A DNA stretch of 64,000 nucleotides from the NCBI GenBank assembly GCA_024276575.1, contig JAJRWY010000171.1:1580-65579 (forward strand), given 5' to 3'. The stretch's first letter is position 1; each line of letters starts with the position of its first letter. This stretch comes from Candidatus Binatota bacterium (lineage in GTDB: Bacteria > Desulfobacterota > Binatia > UBA1149 > CAITLU01). Shown piece by piece: positions 9,606 to 19,736 of the stretch. The notes beneath the pieces were generated by a model that was not told where the DNA came from, did not search any database, and saw nothing but the letters and a program-made list of their open reading frames with translations. Made by a program: the position numbers and the translations under genes.

Positions 9606-9926
9606 GTGGCGTGGACTTACCTGGTTTTGGCGATCATCTTGGAAGTCTCGGGTACCGTGAACATGAAACTATCCAAAGGCTTCTCGGTACCCGGCCCTAG
9701 CGCCGCTATCTTCCTTTTCTACGGCTTGAGCCTGTTTTGCCTGACCATGGCCTTGCGCAGCCTCGAAGTATCGGTCGCCTACGCGGTATGGTCGGGTCTT
9801 GGCACCGCGATGGTCGCACTGATCGGTGTGACCTGGTTCGATGAACCCATGAGCGCAGCGAAAGCGCTGTGCATAGCTCTGATAATCGGCGGAGTAGTCG
9901 GCCTGAACTTAATAGAGCGCGCCTGA
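9606..9926 (+). CDS. SMR-family small multidrug-resistance efflux protein (EmrE/SugE-like)
   Basis: 106 aa, four TM helices, conserved membrane-embedded Glu (ILEVSGTV); 9 nt downstream of the methyltransferase. Confidence 0.85.
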   Translation: MAWTYLVLAIILEVSGTVNMKLSKGFSVPGPSAAIFLFYGLSLFCLTMALRSLEVSVAYAVWSGLGTAMVALIGVTWFDEPMSAAKALCIALIIGGVVGLNLIERA

Positions 9927-10009
9927 ACGCCTCCCCCCTTCATCCCGCCCGTAGCCGGCCGGCCATCTCATGATGACCGGCGTTGAGTATTCGCTGGGCT
10001 GGAGCCGGC

Positions 10010-10492
10010 TCAGTGCCGGCCCTCGATGACTTCTCGCAATTGGCGGCGGAGAAAAGCGCGAAAGCGTAGTGCACTGCCGATATGGCTCACGATGATAATA
10101 AAGGCCCAGGTGAAACCGAGCACCGCCATCACCACCCTCGACACGTTGGCGATATCACCGGAAAGCACCAGCAGCTGGCCGATCGCTACACCTAGCATCG
10201 CGGTCAGAAGCAAGACCGCGCTCAAGAATTGAAGCGTAAATTCGACCCTGAGCTTGCCGCCCATATCAACAACCGTCACCTCGCCAGAGCTAGCGCCGGC
10301 CAGGGGGCTCGAACGCGAGAGAAATGCCACGATGGAAACCTTGAAACGAATACGCCCTCCGCTGTTGGAGATCTCGCTAGCCTGCTCGCGGCGAAGCCCG
10401 TCTTCGATAGCAGCACAGGCTTTCTCGACTTCATAGGCACGGTCGACGAAGGGGATCTCGAAGCTTCCGTCTACGGTAAAAGGTATCGCCAC
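10010..10492 (-). CDS. hypothetical membrane protein
   Basis: 160-aa ORF with two C-terminal hydrophobic helices; immediately downstream of and co-oriented with the MR-family gene. Confidence 0.4.
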   Translation of the reverse strand: MAIPFTVDGSFEIPFVDRAYEVEKACAAIEDGLRREQASEISNSGGRIRFKVSIVAFLSRSSPLAGASSGEVTVVDMGGKLRVEFTLQFLSAVLLLTAMLGVAIGQLLVLSGDIANVSRVVMAVLGFTWAFIIIVSHIGSALRFRAFLRRQLREVIEGRH

Positions 10493-10529
10493 CTGAACTC
10501 CTCGAGACTCACCGCATCATACCCCGGCA

Positions 10530-11795
10530 CTAGTCAGTGGCGCGTCCGGCCTGTTCGCGCTGCCTGCGTTTCCTCGCTTTATTGATCTCCCGGGAGACCT
10601 TCAAGCCTCGATGACGCAGCGAGTACCAGACCAGCCTCTTCTTATCCATCTTGAAAAAACAATGCCCGTGTTTCTTCAACACTGAACGATCCACCTCGAA
10701 ACCAAGGCCAGGCGCGGTCGGAGCCTCCAGAGTCCCGTGGTCGTGCATAAAAGGCGTCTCCAGTATCGCGTCGCGCGCGGCCACCGTCCATCCGGGCTCG
10801 GCCAAGGGATACTCGAGTGCTTTCTCCCCGGCAAAACCGCTGGCCAGAAGAGTCTGTAAATTCACAGCGAAACCGATGCCGTTGGTCCATGTGTGAGGAG
10901 TATAGAGAAGCCCGTGTTGCCGGCACAAGCGTGCTACCTCGAGAGTCTGGGCAATGCCGCCGGTAAAGATGGCGTCCGGTTGGAATATGTCGTAACAGCG
11001 CCTCTCGATCATCATCTTGAGTTCGGGCAAGCCTGCGCTGTGGATCTCGCCACCGGAGATAGGGATGCGGCTGTACTCGACCAGAGCACTCAAGTCGTCG
11101 TAACCGTCCATCGGCAACGGCTCTTCCAGCCAGACCAGCCCGGCATCTGCACACGCGTCGGCGAATCGGCGGGCCCGCGCCAAGTCCCACAGCGGGGCGT
11201 CGGCAATGAGAGCCACTCTCCAGGCTTGGTTCGCGTCGACTCCGATCTTCATACGCCCTTGCAGAGCTTTCGCGGTTTCTTCAACGTGGGTTATGTCCAC
11301 CTGCTCTTCGAAGTCGTGCACCCGCAACTTGATCGTGCGGAATCCTTCCTCATAACGAGCCTCGGCTTCCTTGACCCGTGCCGCCACGCTCTTGATCTCG
11401 CCGCAGGACGCGTAAAGCTCTACCTTCTGGGCCTTGCCACCAAGCAACTCATAGACCGGCTTGCCGGCAAGCTTGCCTTTGATGTCCCAGAACGCGGGTT
11501 CCACCCAGTAATTGCTCCAGCCGAGGTAGGACACTTCGCGCAAGCGCTGCTGAATACCTGCTATATCGATGGCATCCTCACCGATGAGATAGGGCCCAAG
11601 AAGCTCGCCGAGGCCCTGGCGCTCGCGGCCCATGGCGGGGCCGGCGCTGTAACCGGTGACGCCGTCTTTCGTGGTCACCTTGATAAGCGTCATGTTGTTC
11701 TCGGTCTGCGGCAACCCCGGAATCCAACTTGGATAAAAGGGCGCGGGCAAAGGAATGGAAACGTGAAACAACTCGATACGGCTGATCGTACTCAT
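10530..11795 (-). CDS. enolase-superfamily enzyme (mandelate racemase/muconate lactonizing enzyme family) with basic C-terminal tail
   Basis: MR/MLE features (K-x-K region, ..GVDANQAW.., ..LEEP.., ..DIFQPD..); about 40 extra C-terminal residues rich in K/R. Confidence 0.75.
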   Translation of the reverse strand: MSTISRIELFHVSIPLPAPFYPSWIPGLPQTENNMTLIKVTTKDGVTGYSAGPAMGRERQGLGELLGPYLIGEDAIDIAGIQQRLREVSYLGWSNYWVEPAFWDIKGKLAGKPVYELLGGKAQKVELYASCGEIKSVAARVKEAEARYEEGFRTIKLRVHDFEEQVDITHVEETAKALQGRMKIGVDANQAWRVALIADAPLWDLARARRFADACADAGLVWLEEPLPMDGYDDLSALVEYSRIPISGGEIHSAGLPELKMMIERRCYDIFQPDAIFTGGIAQTLEVARLCRQHGLLYTPHTWTNGIGFAVNLQTLLASGFAGEKALEYPLAEPGWTVAARDAILETPFMHDHGTLEAPTAPGLGFEVDRSVLKKHGHCFFKMDKKRLVWYSLRHRGLKVSREINKARKRRQREQAGRATD

Positions 11796-12068
11796 GAAGA
11801 AACTCGAGCAGACTACGAAAGCTCTGGCAAGACCCGCTACTCACCTAGCGTGCCATACCGCGGGCGCTCAAAACGGTCGCCGTTCTGCAAACGCTCAGGA
11901 CACTTGGCGTACTGCGAACGCTCGGGCCGCTTGCCCTGTTCCTAGTCTTCCTTCGCCACGCTCGGGGCGGCCACTGCGGGAGCAGGACAGAGCCGTGCGT
12001 TGCCACTGGCATGCAGCTACTATTGCTGATCGAACGTAGCGGGAATCCATAGCTTGCGAGGTGTACGA

Positions 12069-12836
12069 ATGTCGGTTGATCTGCAAATGAATGGAGACGT
12101 CTTGACCGTGGTTCTTTCACGCCCGGAACGGCGCAATGCGGTCGACCGCGAAACCGCCGAAGCACTGGCCGATGCCTTCCGCACTTTCGAGCGGGACGAA
12201 CAAGCCAAGGTCGCAGTGTTGTTCGGTGCCGGGGGAACTTTCTGTGCAGGCGCCGACTTGAAAGCCGTGGCTGAAGGCCGTGGCAACGCGGTCCGTAGCG
12301 ACGGCGACGGCCCCATGGGTCCAACCCGAATGCAGCTTTCCAAACCGGTGATCGCAGCAGTGGCGGGCTACGCGGTGGCGGGTGGGTTGGAACTCGCGAT
12401 CTGGTGCGACATGCGAGTGGTAGAGCGTTCAGCCCGATTTGGAGTCTTTTGCCGGCGCTGGGGAGTGCCGCTCGTCGATGGCGGTACCGTAAGGCTGCCA
12501 CGCATAGTCGGGCACGGGCGGGCAATGGACATGATCCTCACCGGACGCGAGATCGGTGCCGATGAGGCCTTGGCCATGGGCCTTGCCGACCGTGTGGTCC
12601 CCGACGGCCGCTGCCGGGCGGAAGCGGAAACACTAGCAGCGCAAATAGCGCGTTTCCCGCAGACCTGTATGAAGTCGGACCGCCTGTCGGCCTACCGTCA
12701 ATGGGGCATGAAGCTCGATGAGGCCTTGGCGTCCGAAACGGCATTGGGCCTCGAAGTAATTCGCAGCGGCGAGACCGCCGCCGGTGCCGGGCGCTTCAGT
12801 TCCGGAGCGGGCCGGCACGGAAACTTCGACGATTGA
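12069..12836 (+). CDS. enoyl-CoA hydratase/isomerase family protein
   Basis: crotonase motifs (..GAGGTFCAGADLKAV.., ..VAGYAVAGGLELAIWCD..). Confidence 0.85.
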   Translation: MSVDLQMNGDVLTVVLSRPERRNAVDRETAEALADAFRTFERDEQAKVAVLFGAGGTFCAGADLKAVAEGRGNAVRSDGDGPMGPTRMQLSKPVIAAVAGYAVAGGLELAIWCDMRVVERSARFGVFCRRWGVPLVDGGTVRLPRIVGHGRAMDMILTGREIGADEALAMGLADRVVPDGRCRAEAETLAAQIARFPQTCMKSDRLSAYRQWGMKLDEALASETALGLEVIRSGETAAGAGRFSSGAGRHGNFDD

Positions 12837-12929
12837 CCTGCACTATACCCAGGTTCCCCACCCAAGGACTGTAAGCACTAGCCGGACCGCGGCCCAAGGC
12901 CCTAGCCCCAATGCCGGAGCACTGGCGGT

Positions 12930-13703
12930 TCAGTCGTCGTCTTGTTCGCTGCCGAAGCTCTCGTGCAACCCGCACTCGCGTTTGAGTCCGAAGAAGCGGG
13001 TTTCTTCCTCGGCCATGCCGTCTACGAGTTTCTGCGAAGTATGCCAGTCGCCGATGGACACGTATCCCTGCTCCCACAAAGGATGGTAGGGCAAGTCGTA
13101 CTTCTCGAGATAGTCGAACACGTCTTTGTCATTCCAATCGACGATGGGGTGGACCTTGAGGTAGCCATCCTGAATTCCCAACACGTTGAGCTTGCGGCGC
13201 GTCGAAGACTGTGAACGTCTCAGCCCGACTATCCATCCGCGCGCGTCGAGATCGTTCAAAGCACGCTGCATCGGCAACACTTTGTTCATACGGTTGTACT
13301 TGTTGATTCCGTCCAGTCCTTTCTCCCACAACCTGCCATGGCGGGCTTCCTGCCAAGCCGCACATATGTCCGGCCGGTAGACTTTCAAGTTGAGCTTCAA
13401 ACGATCGACTAGGTAATCGATGAAACGGTAGGTCTCGGGGAACAGATAGCCGGTATCGGTAAGCACTACCGGGATATCCGGCCACTGCTGGGTGACCAGA
13501 TTCAAACAGACCGAAGCCTGCGCCCCGAAGCTCGACGACAAGATTATCTTCGGACAAAACTGTTCCAAAGCCCAGGCGACCCGCTCTTCGGCTCCGGCCT
13601 TCTCCAGAATCGGGTTGACTTCATCGATGTCGATCGAGTCGACTTCGGCAACTACCTCTCGCCGGGCATCGGGCCTTGGAACCAATTTCGACGTCTTAGT
13701 CAC
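12930..13703 (-). CDS. cysH: phosphoadenosine phosphosulfate (PAPS) reductase
   Basis: PAPS-reductase fold, C-terminal ECGLH motif as in E. coli CysH; GTG start. Confidence 0.9.
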   Translation of the reverse strand: MTKTSKLVPRPDARREVVAEVDSIDIDEVNPILEKAGAEERVAWALEQFCPKIILSSSFGAQASVCLNLVTQQWPDIPVVLTDTGYLFPETYRFIDYLVDRLKLNLKVYRPDICAAWQEARHGRLWEKGLDGINKYNRMNKVLPMQRALNDLDARGWIVGLRRSQSSTRRKLNVLGIQDGYLKVHPIVDWNDKDVFDYLEKYDLPYHPLWEQGYVSIGDWHTSQKLVDGMAEEETRFFGLKRECGLHESFGSEQDDD

Positions 13704-13714
13704 AATGCTTCAGC

Positions 13715-14152
13715 TTAAGCTGACCGTAGAGCCGCTTCAATCTCGGGAAGTGGCACCAGGGCAGAGTCTGGACTTATCCCTTCGCACTCCGCAGCGGCCG
13801 CTTCCCATGTATCGGGAGACTCCAGATTATTTGGCCACCAAGGATAGGAGCGGCATTGCCGGGGACGTTGCCGGTATATGCGGCATTTCTTGCCCTCCAG
13901 AAATACGCATTCTTGATCGTACGGCTTGTCTAGTAGCGCGTAACGCCGGCCCACACGCCGTAAGAAACGCCGGCCGAAATCCTGTAAGTCGAGATCCAGT
14001 TCTGCGGCGATCCGCCTAGCCTCCGCCGCTTCCACCCAAACATAGGCGCTACTCCCAGTGCAGCACTTGCCACACTCAGTACAAGCAAAACGCAAACCGT
14101 CCCGGTACCAAGGCATATACCCGGAGGTCGTGATTCGAACAGGATCTCCCAA
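13715..14152 (-). CDS. ykgJ: YkgJ-family (UPF0153) Cys-rich Fe-S/Zn-binding protein
   Basis: CTECGKCC...C motif arrangement typical of YkgJ/DUF35-like proteins; 8 nt downstream of the esterase gene and 11 nt upstream of cysH. Confidence 0.75.
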   Translation of the reverse strand: MGDPVRITTSGYMPWYRDGLRFACTECGKCCTGSSAYVWVEAAEARRIAAELDLDLQDFGRRFLRRVGRRYALLDKPYDQECVFLEGKKCRIYRQRPRQCRSYPWWPNNLESPDTWEAAAAECEGISPDSALVPLPEIEAALRSA

Positions 14153-14160
14153 TACCGGTA

Positions 14161-15195
14161 TTACTCGAACGCCCTGCTCAAAGCCGCGACGGTATCGTCA
14201 AAGGCCTCCGCGGCCGTGTGGACCAGTGAGGACAGCGCCAGAAAGCCGTGAATGAGACCGGGATAGTCACGGTAGAACACTTCGACGCCCGCTTCGAGAA
14301 GGCGCTCGGCATAAGCCTTGCCCTCGTCGTGCAACGGATCGTAACCTGCTGTCGCCACATAGGCCGGAGGCAATCCGCTCAGATCTTCGGCAAGTAGCGG
14401 TGATACTAAAGGATCGCGGCTTTGCGCCTCATCCACGAGATAGTGCCCACGAAACCAACGCATCATGTCTCTGCTCAGGAAGAACCCGTCGGCAAAGAGT
14501 TCGTAGGACGGCGCTTCCGCCGACAAGTCGGTAACCGGATAGAGCAACAGCTGGAAGCAAGGCCGCGGAACTTCCCGGGCAACCGACAATGCGGCTACGA
14601 CGGTTGCCAAGTTTCCGCCCGCGCTGTCTCCACCCACCGCGACCCGAGCCAAGTCTCCGCCGAGTTGCAGGACGTTGCCTCTGACCCAACGATAGGCCGC
14701 GAAAGCATCTTCCAAAGGAGCCGGGAACTTGTGCTCGGGCGCAAGCCGGTAATCCACTGCAACCACTACACAACGGGCAGCAGCGGCAAGGTTACGCAAG
14801 GTCGTGTCATGGGTCTCGAAGCCGCCGAGCACCCAGCCACCGCCGTGATAGTAGACCAACACCGGCAAAGGCCGGCTCTCGCGCACCGGGGTGTACACGC
14901 GAATGGGCACTGCCCCCAAAGGGCCTGGAACGCTCAAGTCTTCGATCTTCGCCATCGTCGCGGCGGAGCCGGCGACAATGCGTGACCAGCGCTCGAGGTC
15001 CTCGCGGGCCTCGGGTGGGTGCGGATTCCCCGCACGCTCCATGCCGCTCAGTTCCAGGAAACGCAACAGAAGATGCACCTGCAAGTCCAGAGCTTCACTG
15101 CCGCGCTCTTCCGCCGTCCCCGCCAGTAGCGGGATCAGAGGACGGGGCGTCCATAACAAAGTTCCCAATATCCTCCCGGTCAGCCAATCCAACAT
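14161..15195 (-). CDS. alpha/beta-hydrolase fold-3 esterase/lipase (HSL family)
   Basis: HGGGW oxyanion motif, GDSAGG nucleophile elbow. Confidence 0.8.
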   Translation of the reverse strand: MLDWLTGRILGTLLWTPRPLIPLLAGTAEERGSEALDLQVHLLLRFLELSGMERAGNPHPPEAREDLERWSRIVAGSAATMAKIEDLSVPGPLGAVPIRVYTPVRESRPLPVLVYYHGGGWVLGGFETHDTTLRNLAAAARCVVVAVDYRLAPEHKFPAPLEDAFAAYRWVRGNVLQLGGDLARVAVGGDSAGGNLATVVAALSVAREVPRPCFQLLLYPVTDLSAEAPSYELFADGFFLSRDMMRWFRGHYLVDEAQSRDPLVSPLLAEDLSGLPPAYVATAGYDPLHDEGKAYAERLLEAGVEVFYRDYPGLIHGFLALSSLVHTAAEAFDDTVAALSRAFE

Positions 15196-15261
15196 CAGCG
15201 TAATCCAACCTCCACCCGTCTATTTATCCGGGGCCGGAAACCAACCATCAAACTATCCCGG

Positions 15262-15837
15262 TCAGAAGGGCCATAACCATCCCAAGAAACCCCCGCGCGC
15301 CAGACTGCTCTCGCAGCCGGCAAGTTGGCGCCGGTAGCGCCCGGCGCGCCGTGCAACCTTGCGCGCGGTATTGACCAGCCAGGCCTTGTTCCGGTAAGTG
15401 CCGCGCCGGAATCCTCCCGGACCTTCATGATACGCGAGATACAAAGAGTAGGCATCAGCTTTGGATATGCCGGCAAGTCTCGAGCTACGGGCACAGTACC
15501 AGGCTACGAAATCAACGGCATCGCCGAAGTCATCGCGGTCCGCACCCGAATTGCCGCTGTCGCGCCGGTACTCGTCCCATGTCGTATCCAAGGCTTGAGC
15601 ATAACCGAAGGCACTCGAGGGGCGGCGGCCGGGGAATATCCACAAGAACTTGCCTCGCGGCGGCTTCGCACGCGAGCGAAAACGGGATTCCTGATGAATG
15701 ATCGCCAATTGCACCGATACCGGCACGCCCCAACGCCGGTAGGCACGGCGCGATTGTTTATACCAGGAGGATTTCTCCCGAAAGATGCTGCAGGCATCGT
15801 CGACGTCGTGCGGTACAGTCGTCGAACATGCGAGCAC
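15262..15837 (-). CDS. putative lytic transglycosylase-like (SLT-domain-like) protein
   Basis: ..LAIIHQESRFRSRA.. resembles the SLT catalytic region (E-S motif); assignment tentative. Confidence 0.4.
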   Translation of the reverse strand: MLACSTTVPHDVDDACSIFREKSSWYKQSRRAYRRWGVPVSVQLAIIHQESRFRSRAKPPRGKFLWIFPGRRPSSAFGYAQALDTTWDEYRRDSGNSGADRDDFGDAVDFVAWYCARSSRLAGISKADAYSLYLAYHEGPGGFRRGTYRNKAWLVNTARKVARRAGRYRRQLAGCESSLARGGFLGWLWPF

Positions 15838-16044
15838 CGTCTAAAGTAGCGCCGCGCTAACTACAACCCTGGAAACAACCCTCGGTCCACTTCTCTTCCA
15901 TCCCACGACTCTCCATGTTACGTGGTCGCAGGAGCAGGTTCGACACCATGGATGTCAAAGTTTCCTAACCCCGGCCCCGTGCTAAGATGGTGTGGTTGCA
16001 GATCCCCTTGATGCGCTCGCCATGAAGCCGATGAAGACTAGCCG

Positions 16045-16596
16045 ATGAAAACTCCGGAACCGCACGCAACTCCGCGATTCTACCTGTTTTTGTTGGTAAC
16101 CATCCTCTATATGGTGGGCTTTGCCCTGGCTGACGCTCTTCTCGATGCGCCCAAGTCTCTGTTCAGCCTACATTCCCTTGTCGAAGTCGGACTGATACTG
16201 ATCGGCGCCGGCCTGGCCGGCTATTTGTGGCTGGGCTGGCTCAACGCTCAACGCTCCGTAGTACGGATCGAGAAAATGCTGGACGAGCAGCGAGAAGAGC
16301 GCGATCGGTGGCGGCAGCGGGCGCAACTACTGCTAAACGGACTCGGCGAAGAAATCGACATGCAGATGCGCCGCTGGAAGCTGACCAGAAGCGAAAGCGA
16401 GGTAGCTCTACTGCTGATCAAGGGCTACAGCCACCAACAAATCGCCGGTCTGTTGGGCAAGAGCGAGCGGACCGTGCGCCAGCACGGCGGATCCGTATAC
16501 AAAAAGTCCAGCCTCTCCGGCCGGGCGGAACTGGCGGCCTTCTTCCTCGAGGATCTACTGCTTCCGCGCCCGGAAAACGGCACAGCGGCTGAATAG
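16045..16596 (+). CDS. membrane-anchored LuxR-family transcriptional regulator
   Basis: two N-terminal TM helices plus C-terminal LuxR-type HTH (..LTRSESEVALLLIKGYSHQQIAGLLGKSERTVRQH..). Confidence 0.7.
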   Translation: MKTPEPHATPRFYLFLLVTILYMVGFALADALLDAPKSLFSLHSLVEVGLILIGAGLAGYLWLGWLNAQRSVVRIEKMLDEQREERDRWRQRAQLLLNGLGEEIDMQMRRWKLTRSESEVALLLIKGYSHQQIAGLLGKSERTVRQHGGSVYKKSSLSGRAELAAFFLEDLLLPRPENGTAAE

Positions 16597-16800
16597 CGAG
16601 GGTTCGCGGACGGCGAAGAAACGATCCTCAGTACGCCTGAACCGGACGGCCAAGCATCCCCATCCCCCGGTGGCTTGGAGGCGAAAGCGGTGGCAAGACA
16701 CCCGGTCGGCCATACCGAGGCCCGGCGATGATCAACCGGCGAAAAAGATCAAGCTGCGCCTGGCGATATCGGCAACGGGAACCCAATAAATTCCGAAGGC

Positions 16801-18210
16801 CTAGGTGGCGAAAGCCAGAAGCCCCGCAAGCGTAGCGTTGTGCCGGTCGAGGGCCATCTCGGGATCGCCGGGCTGCGGTGTATCCATGTACATGGTGCGG
16901 GCCACGCGAGCGTAGTAGTAAAGGCCGACCACCGAATTCGCTGCCGCGACCAACGCATAAAACCACATCTGCTTCTCGATGATTGCAGCGAACAGGTACA
17001 TCTTGCCGATGAAACCGGCAAACGGCGGCAACCCGGCCAGTGAAAACAAGAAGATCGCCATCGCCGCAGCCGGCAAAGCTCCGCCACGCCAAGCCAAGCC
17101 ACGAAACCCGTCGAGTTCTTCGCTGCCCGAGTTGTTGAGAACCATCAACAACACGACGAAAGCACCGAGGGTCATTAGGTAGTATACCGCCAGATAAAAC
17201 AGCATGGCCGCCAACCCGTTATCGCTCAGCACTACGAAACCCATCAGCAAGTAGCCGGCGTGCGCGATCGACGAGTAGGCAAGCAGACGCTTGACGTTGG
17301 TCTGCCTCAAGGCGGCGAAATTGCCGAGAGTCATGGTGACCATGGAGATCACGGTCAGCAGCGCCGGCCAGTCGACTCCCGCCGCGGCAATCCAGGCTCC
17401 CGCCCCGTCGCTTTGCGAGATGCCCGGATAGAACAAGCGTATGAGCATGGCGAAGCCCGCGGCCTTCGATCCCACCGCCAGGTAGGCCGTTATCGGCAGG
17501 GGAGCGCCCTCGTATACGTCGGGGCTCCACATATGCATCGGCACCATCGCAATCTTGTAGCCGAGCCCGACCAGTACCATCAGCAGCGCCACGAACACGA
17601 CCGGCCCGCTATCCCCACCGCTGAGACTCGCGCCGATTGCGGAGTAGTCCAGCGATCCGCTCAAACCGAACAGCAGGCTCATACCGTAGAGCATCACACC
17701 GGAGGCCACTCCACCGTAGATGAGATACTTCAGTGCAGCTTCGCTGGAGCGGGAGTTGCGGCGCAAGAATCCGCAGAGGATGTAGGAAGTTTGGCTGACG
17801 AACTCGAAGGCCAGATAGGCCATCAACAAATTGGTCGCCTAGGCCATGTAGAACATGCCTACGGTGCAGGCTAACAGCAACGCGTAATACTCGCCGGGAT
17901 GCTGGCCTTCCAGCTCTCGCGATCCCATGGTCATCCAGATCGTTCCGGCAGCGGCAAAGCAGAACAGGATCTTGAAAAAAGCGGCGAACGCGTCTAGCGC
18001 CACCATTCCGCCGAAGAGGCTCCCGTGATAGCCGGCCAATGAAGAAGACCCCACGAACAAGGATGCGATCACCACGATCCATAAAGCCATGTCGCCCAGG
18101 ATACGCTTGCTCGGCAACAGCAACTCGGCCATCAGCAACCCGACTACTCCGGCAGCTAGAGTAAACTCCGGATAAGAGTAGGCGAGGCTTTCAATGTTGC
18201 CCAGAGTCAT
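16801..18210 (-). pseudogene. nuoN: NADH-quinone oxidoreductase subunit N (operon 1), interrupted by an in-frame TAG at 17839..17841
   Basis: ORFs 17839..18210 (N-terminal 123 aa) and 16801..17829 (C-terminal 342 aa, TTG start) share a frame across ..MFYMA*ATNLLMAYLAFE..; the paralog in operon 2 has Ser at this position (..MVSATDLIVMFLGLE..). Confidence 0.7.
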
Positions 18211-18219
18211 TCGCGTAAC

Positions 18220-19719
18220 CTAGTGAAGCAGTTGGGCCGAGACGACAACCGCGTCGGCCACCGTTCGATTCAATGCAAGCAAAGTAGGGTCGATCAGATC
18301 GAGAACGGCGTGCGGGTGGATGCCGAGCACCAGTACGATCACCGCCAGCGGAAGCAACGTGACCAACTCCCTGGCCGAAAGGTCCGGCATGTTGGCATAC
18401 TTCTCGTTTACCGGACCCAGCCACACCCGTTGCAGCATCCACAGCATGTAGCCTGCGGTAAGCACTACTGCCGAAGCAGCCACTATGGTGAGTGCCTGGT
18501 TGTATTGCCATGCCCCGAGCAGAACCAGGACCTCGGAGATGAACGCCGACAAACCGGGAAGCCCCAAGGCGGCGAAAAAAGCCACCGTCATCAAACCCGT
18601 ATACACCGGCATCACCGATGCAAGGCCGCCGAAACCGTTGATGTCACGGTGGTGGGCCCGGTCGTAGACCACCCCGACAATCAAGAACAGCATCGCGGTG
18701 ACAGTGCCGTGGTTGAACATCTGTAAAACCGCCCCATTGATCCCCTGCGAAGTCAGCGTCGCCATGCCGAGCATGACGTATCCCATGTGTGAGATACTCG
18801 AGTAGGCGACCAGTTTCTTCATGTCCTGCTGCGCCATCGCACAGAGGGCACCGTAGACGATATTCCAGGTCCCCAGCACCGCTAGGCACCAGAACGCGAA
18901 CTGCTGCGTCGCTACCGGAAAGATCGGATAACAGATTCGAAGGATTCCGTAGGTGCCCATCTTCAACAAAACCCCGGCCAGGATTACCGAGATCGCAGTC
19001 GGCGCTTCTACATGGGCGTCGGGCAGCCAGGTATGAAAGGGAAAGGCCGGAATCTTGATCGCAAAACCTACGAACAAAGCCAGCCAGGCCCAGGCTTGAA
19101 AACTACGCGCGTAAGTGGGCGCACGCTCCATCAACACGAGCATGTCGAAAGTCCGCGGCTCACCGTGGAAATACAGGGCCAGCATCGCGATCAACATCAA
19201 CACTGAACCGACCAGCGTATACAGGAAGAACTTTATCGCCGCATACTCACGCCGCGGGCCTCCCCAGATACCGATCAAGAAATACATGGGAAGCAGCATT
19301 ACTTCCCAGAAAATGTAGAAGAGGAAGAAGTCGAGCGCGCAGAATACGCCCATCATGCCGGTTTCGAGAAGCAGAAACAGCATGAAATAACCTTTCACGC
19401 CTTTCTCGATGTTCCACGAAGCCAGGATGCAGATCGGACAGAGTAGCGCGGTCAGCAGCACCATGGTCACGGAGAGGCCGTCTATGCCCATGATGTACTG
19501 AATATTATAGGTCTCGATCCATGTGTGGCGCTCGACGTACTGCATTCCGGTAATCGAGCCGTCGAAGTCTCCGTACAACCAGATACCGAGCAATAACGGC
19601 ACCAAGGTGAAAGCCAAGGCCGTCCAGCGAATCACTTCGTGTTTGTCGCGCGGCATGACCATGACGGCCAGCATCCCGGCCAGGGGAACGAAGGTCATGT
19701 AAGAAAGAACGTTTTCCAT
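18220..19719 (-). CDS. nuoM: NADH-quinone oxidoreductase subunit M (operon 1)
   Basis: 499 aa, antiporter-like subunit signatures (..WLPDAHVEAPT..). Confidence 0.9.
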   Translation of the reverse strand: MENVLSYMTFVPLAGMLAVMVMPRDKHEVIRWTALAFTLVPLLLGIWLYGDFDGSITGMQYVERHTWIETYNIQYIMGIDGLSVTMVLLTALLCPICILASWNIEKGVKGYFMLFLLLETGMMGVFCALDFFLFYIFWEVMLLPMYFLIGIWGGPRREYAAIKFFLYTLVGSVLMLIAMLALYFHGEPRTFDMLVLMERAPTYARSFQAWAWLALFVGFAIKIPAFPFHTWLPDAHVEAPTAISVILAGVLLKMGTYGILRICYPIFPVATQQFAFWCLAVLGTWNIVYGALCAMAQQDMKKLVAYSSISHMGYVMLGMATLTSQGINGAVLQMFNHGTVTAMLFLIVGVVYDRAHHRDINGFGGLASVMPVYTGLMTVAFFAALGLPGLSAFISEVLVLLGAWQYNQALTIVAASAVVLTAGYMLWMLQRVWLGPVNEKYANMPDLSARELVTLLPLAVIVLVLGIHPHAVLDLIDPTLLALNRTVADAVVVSAQLLH

Positions 19720-19736
19720 TCATCTAGCTCCGCGGC

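Noticed and set aside
15900-15960. tRNA-like GGTTCGACACC T-loop motif
   Set aside because: No acceptor, D or anticodon stems can be built around it. It is an isolated motif in the promoter region of the LuxR-family gene.
9084-17841. Possibility that TAG is recoded (amber suppression, pyrrolysine or a variant genetic code), given two in-frame TAGs
   Set aside because: TAG is used as the ordinary terminator of many well-conserved genes here (nuoL, nuoM, nuoD, nuoC, nuoB, nuoJ, the LuxR gene and others) at the expected C-termini. The two in-frame TAGs are therefore better explained as nonsense mutations or sequencing errors.
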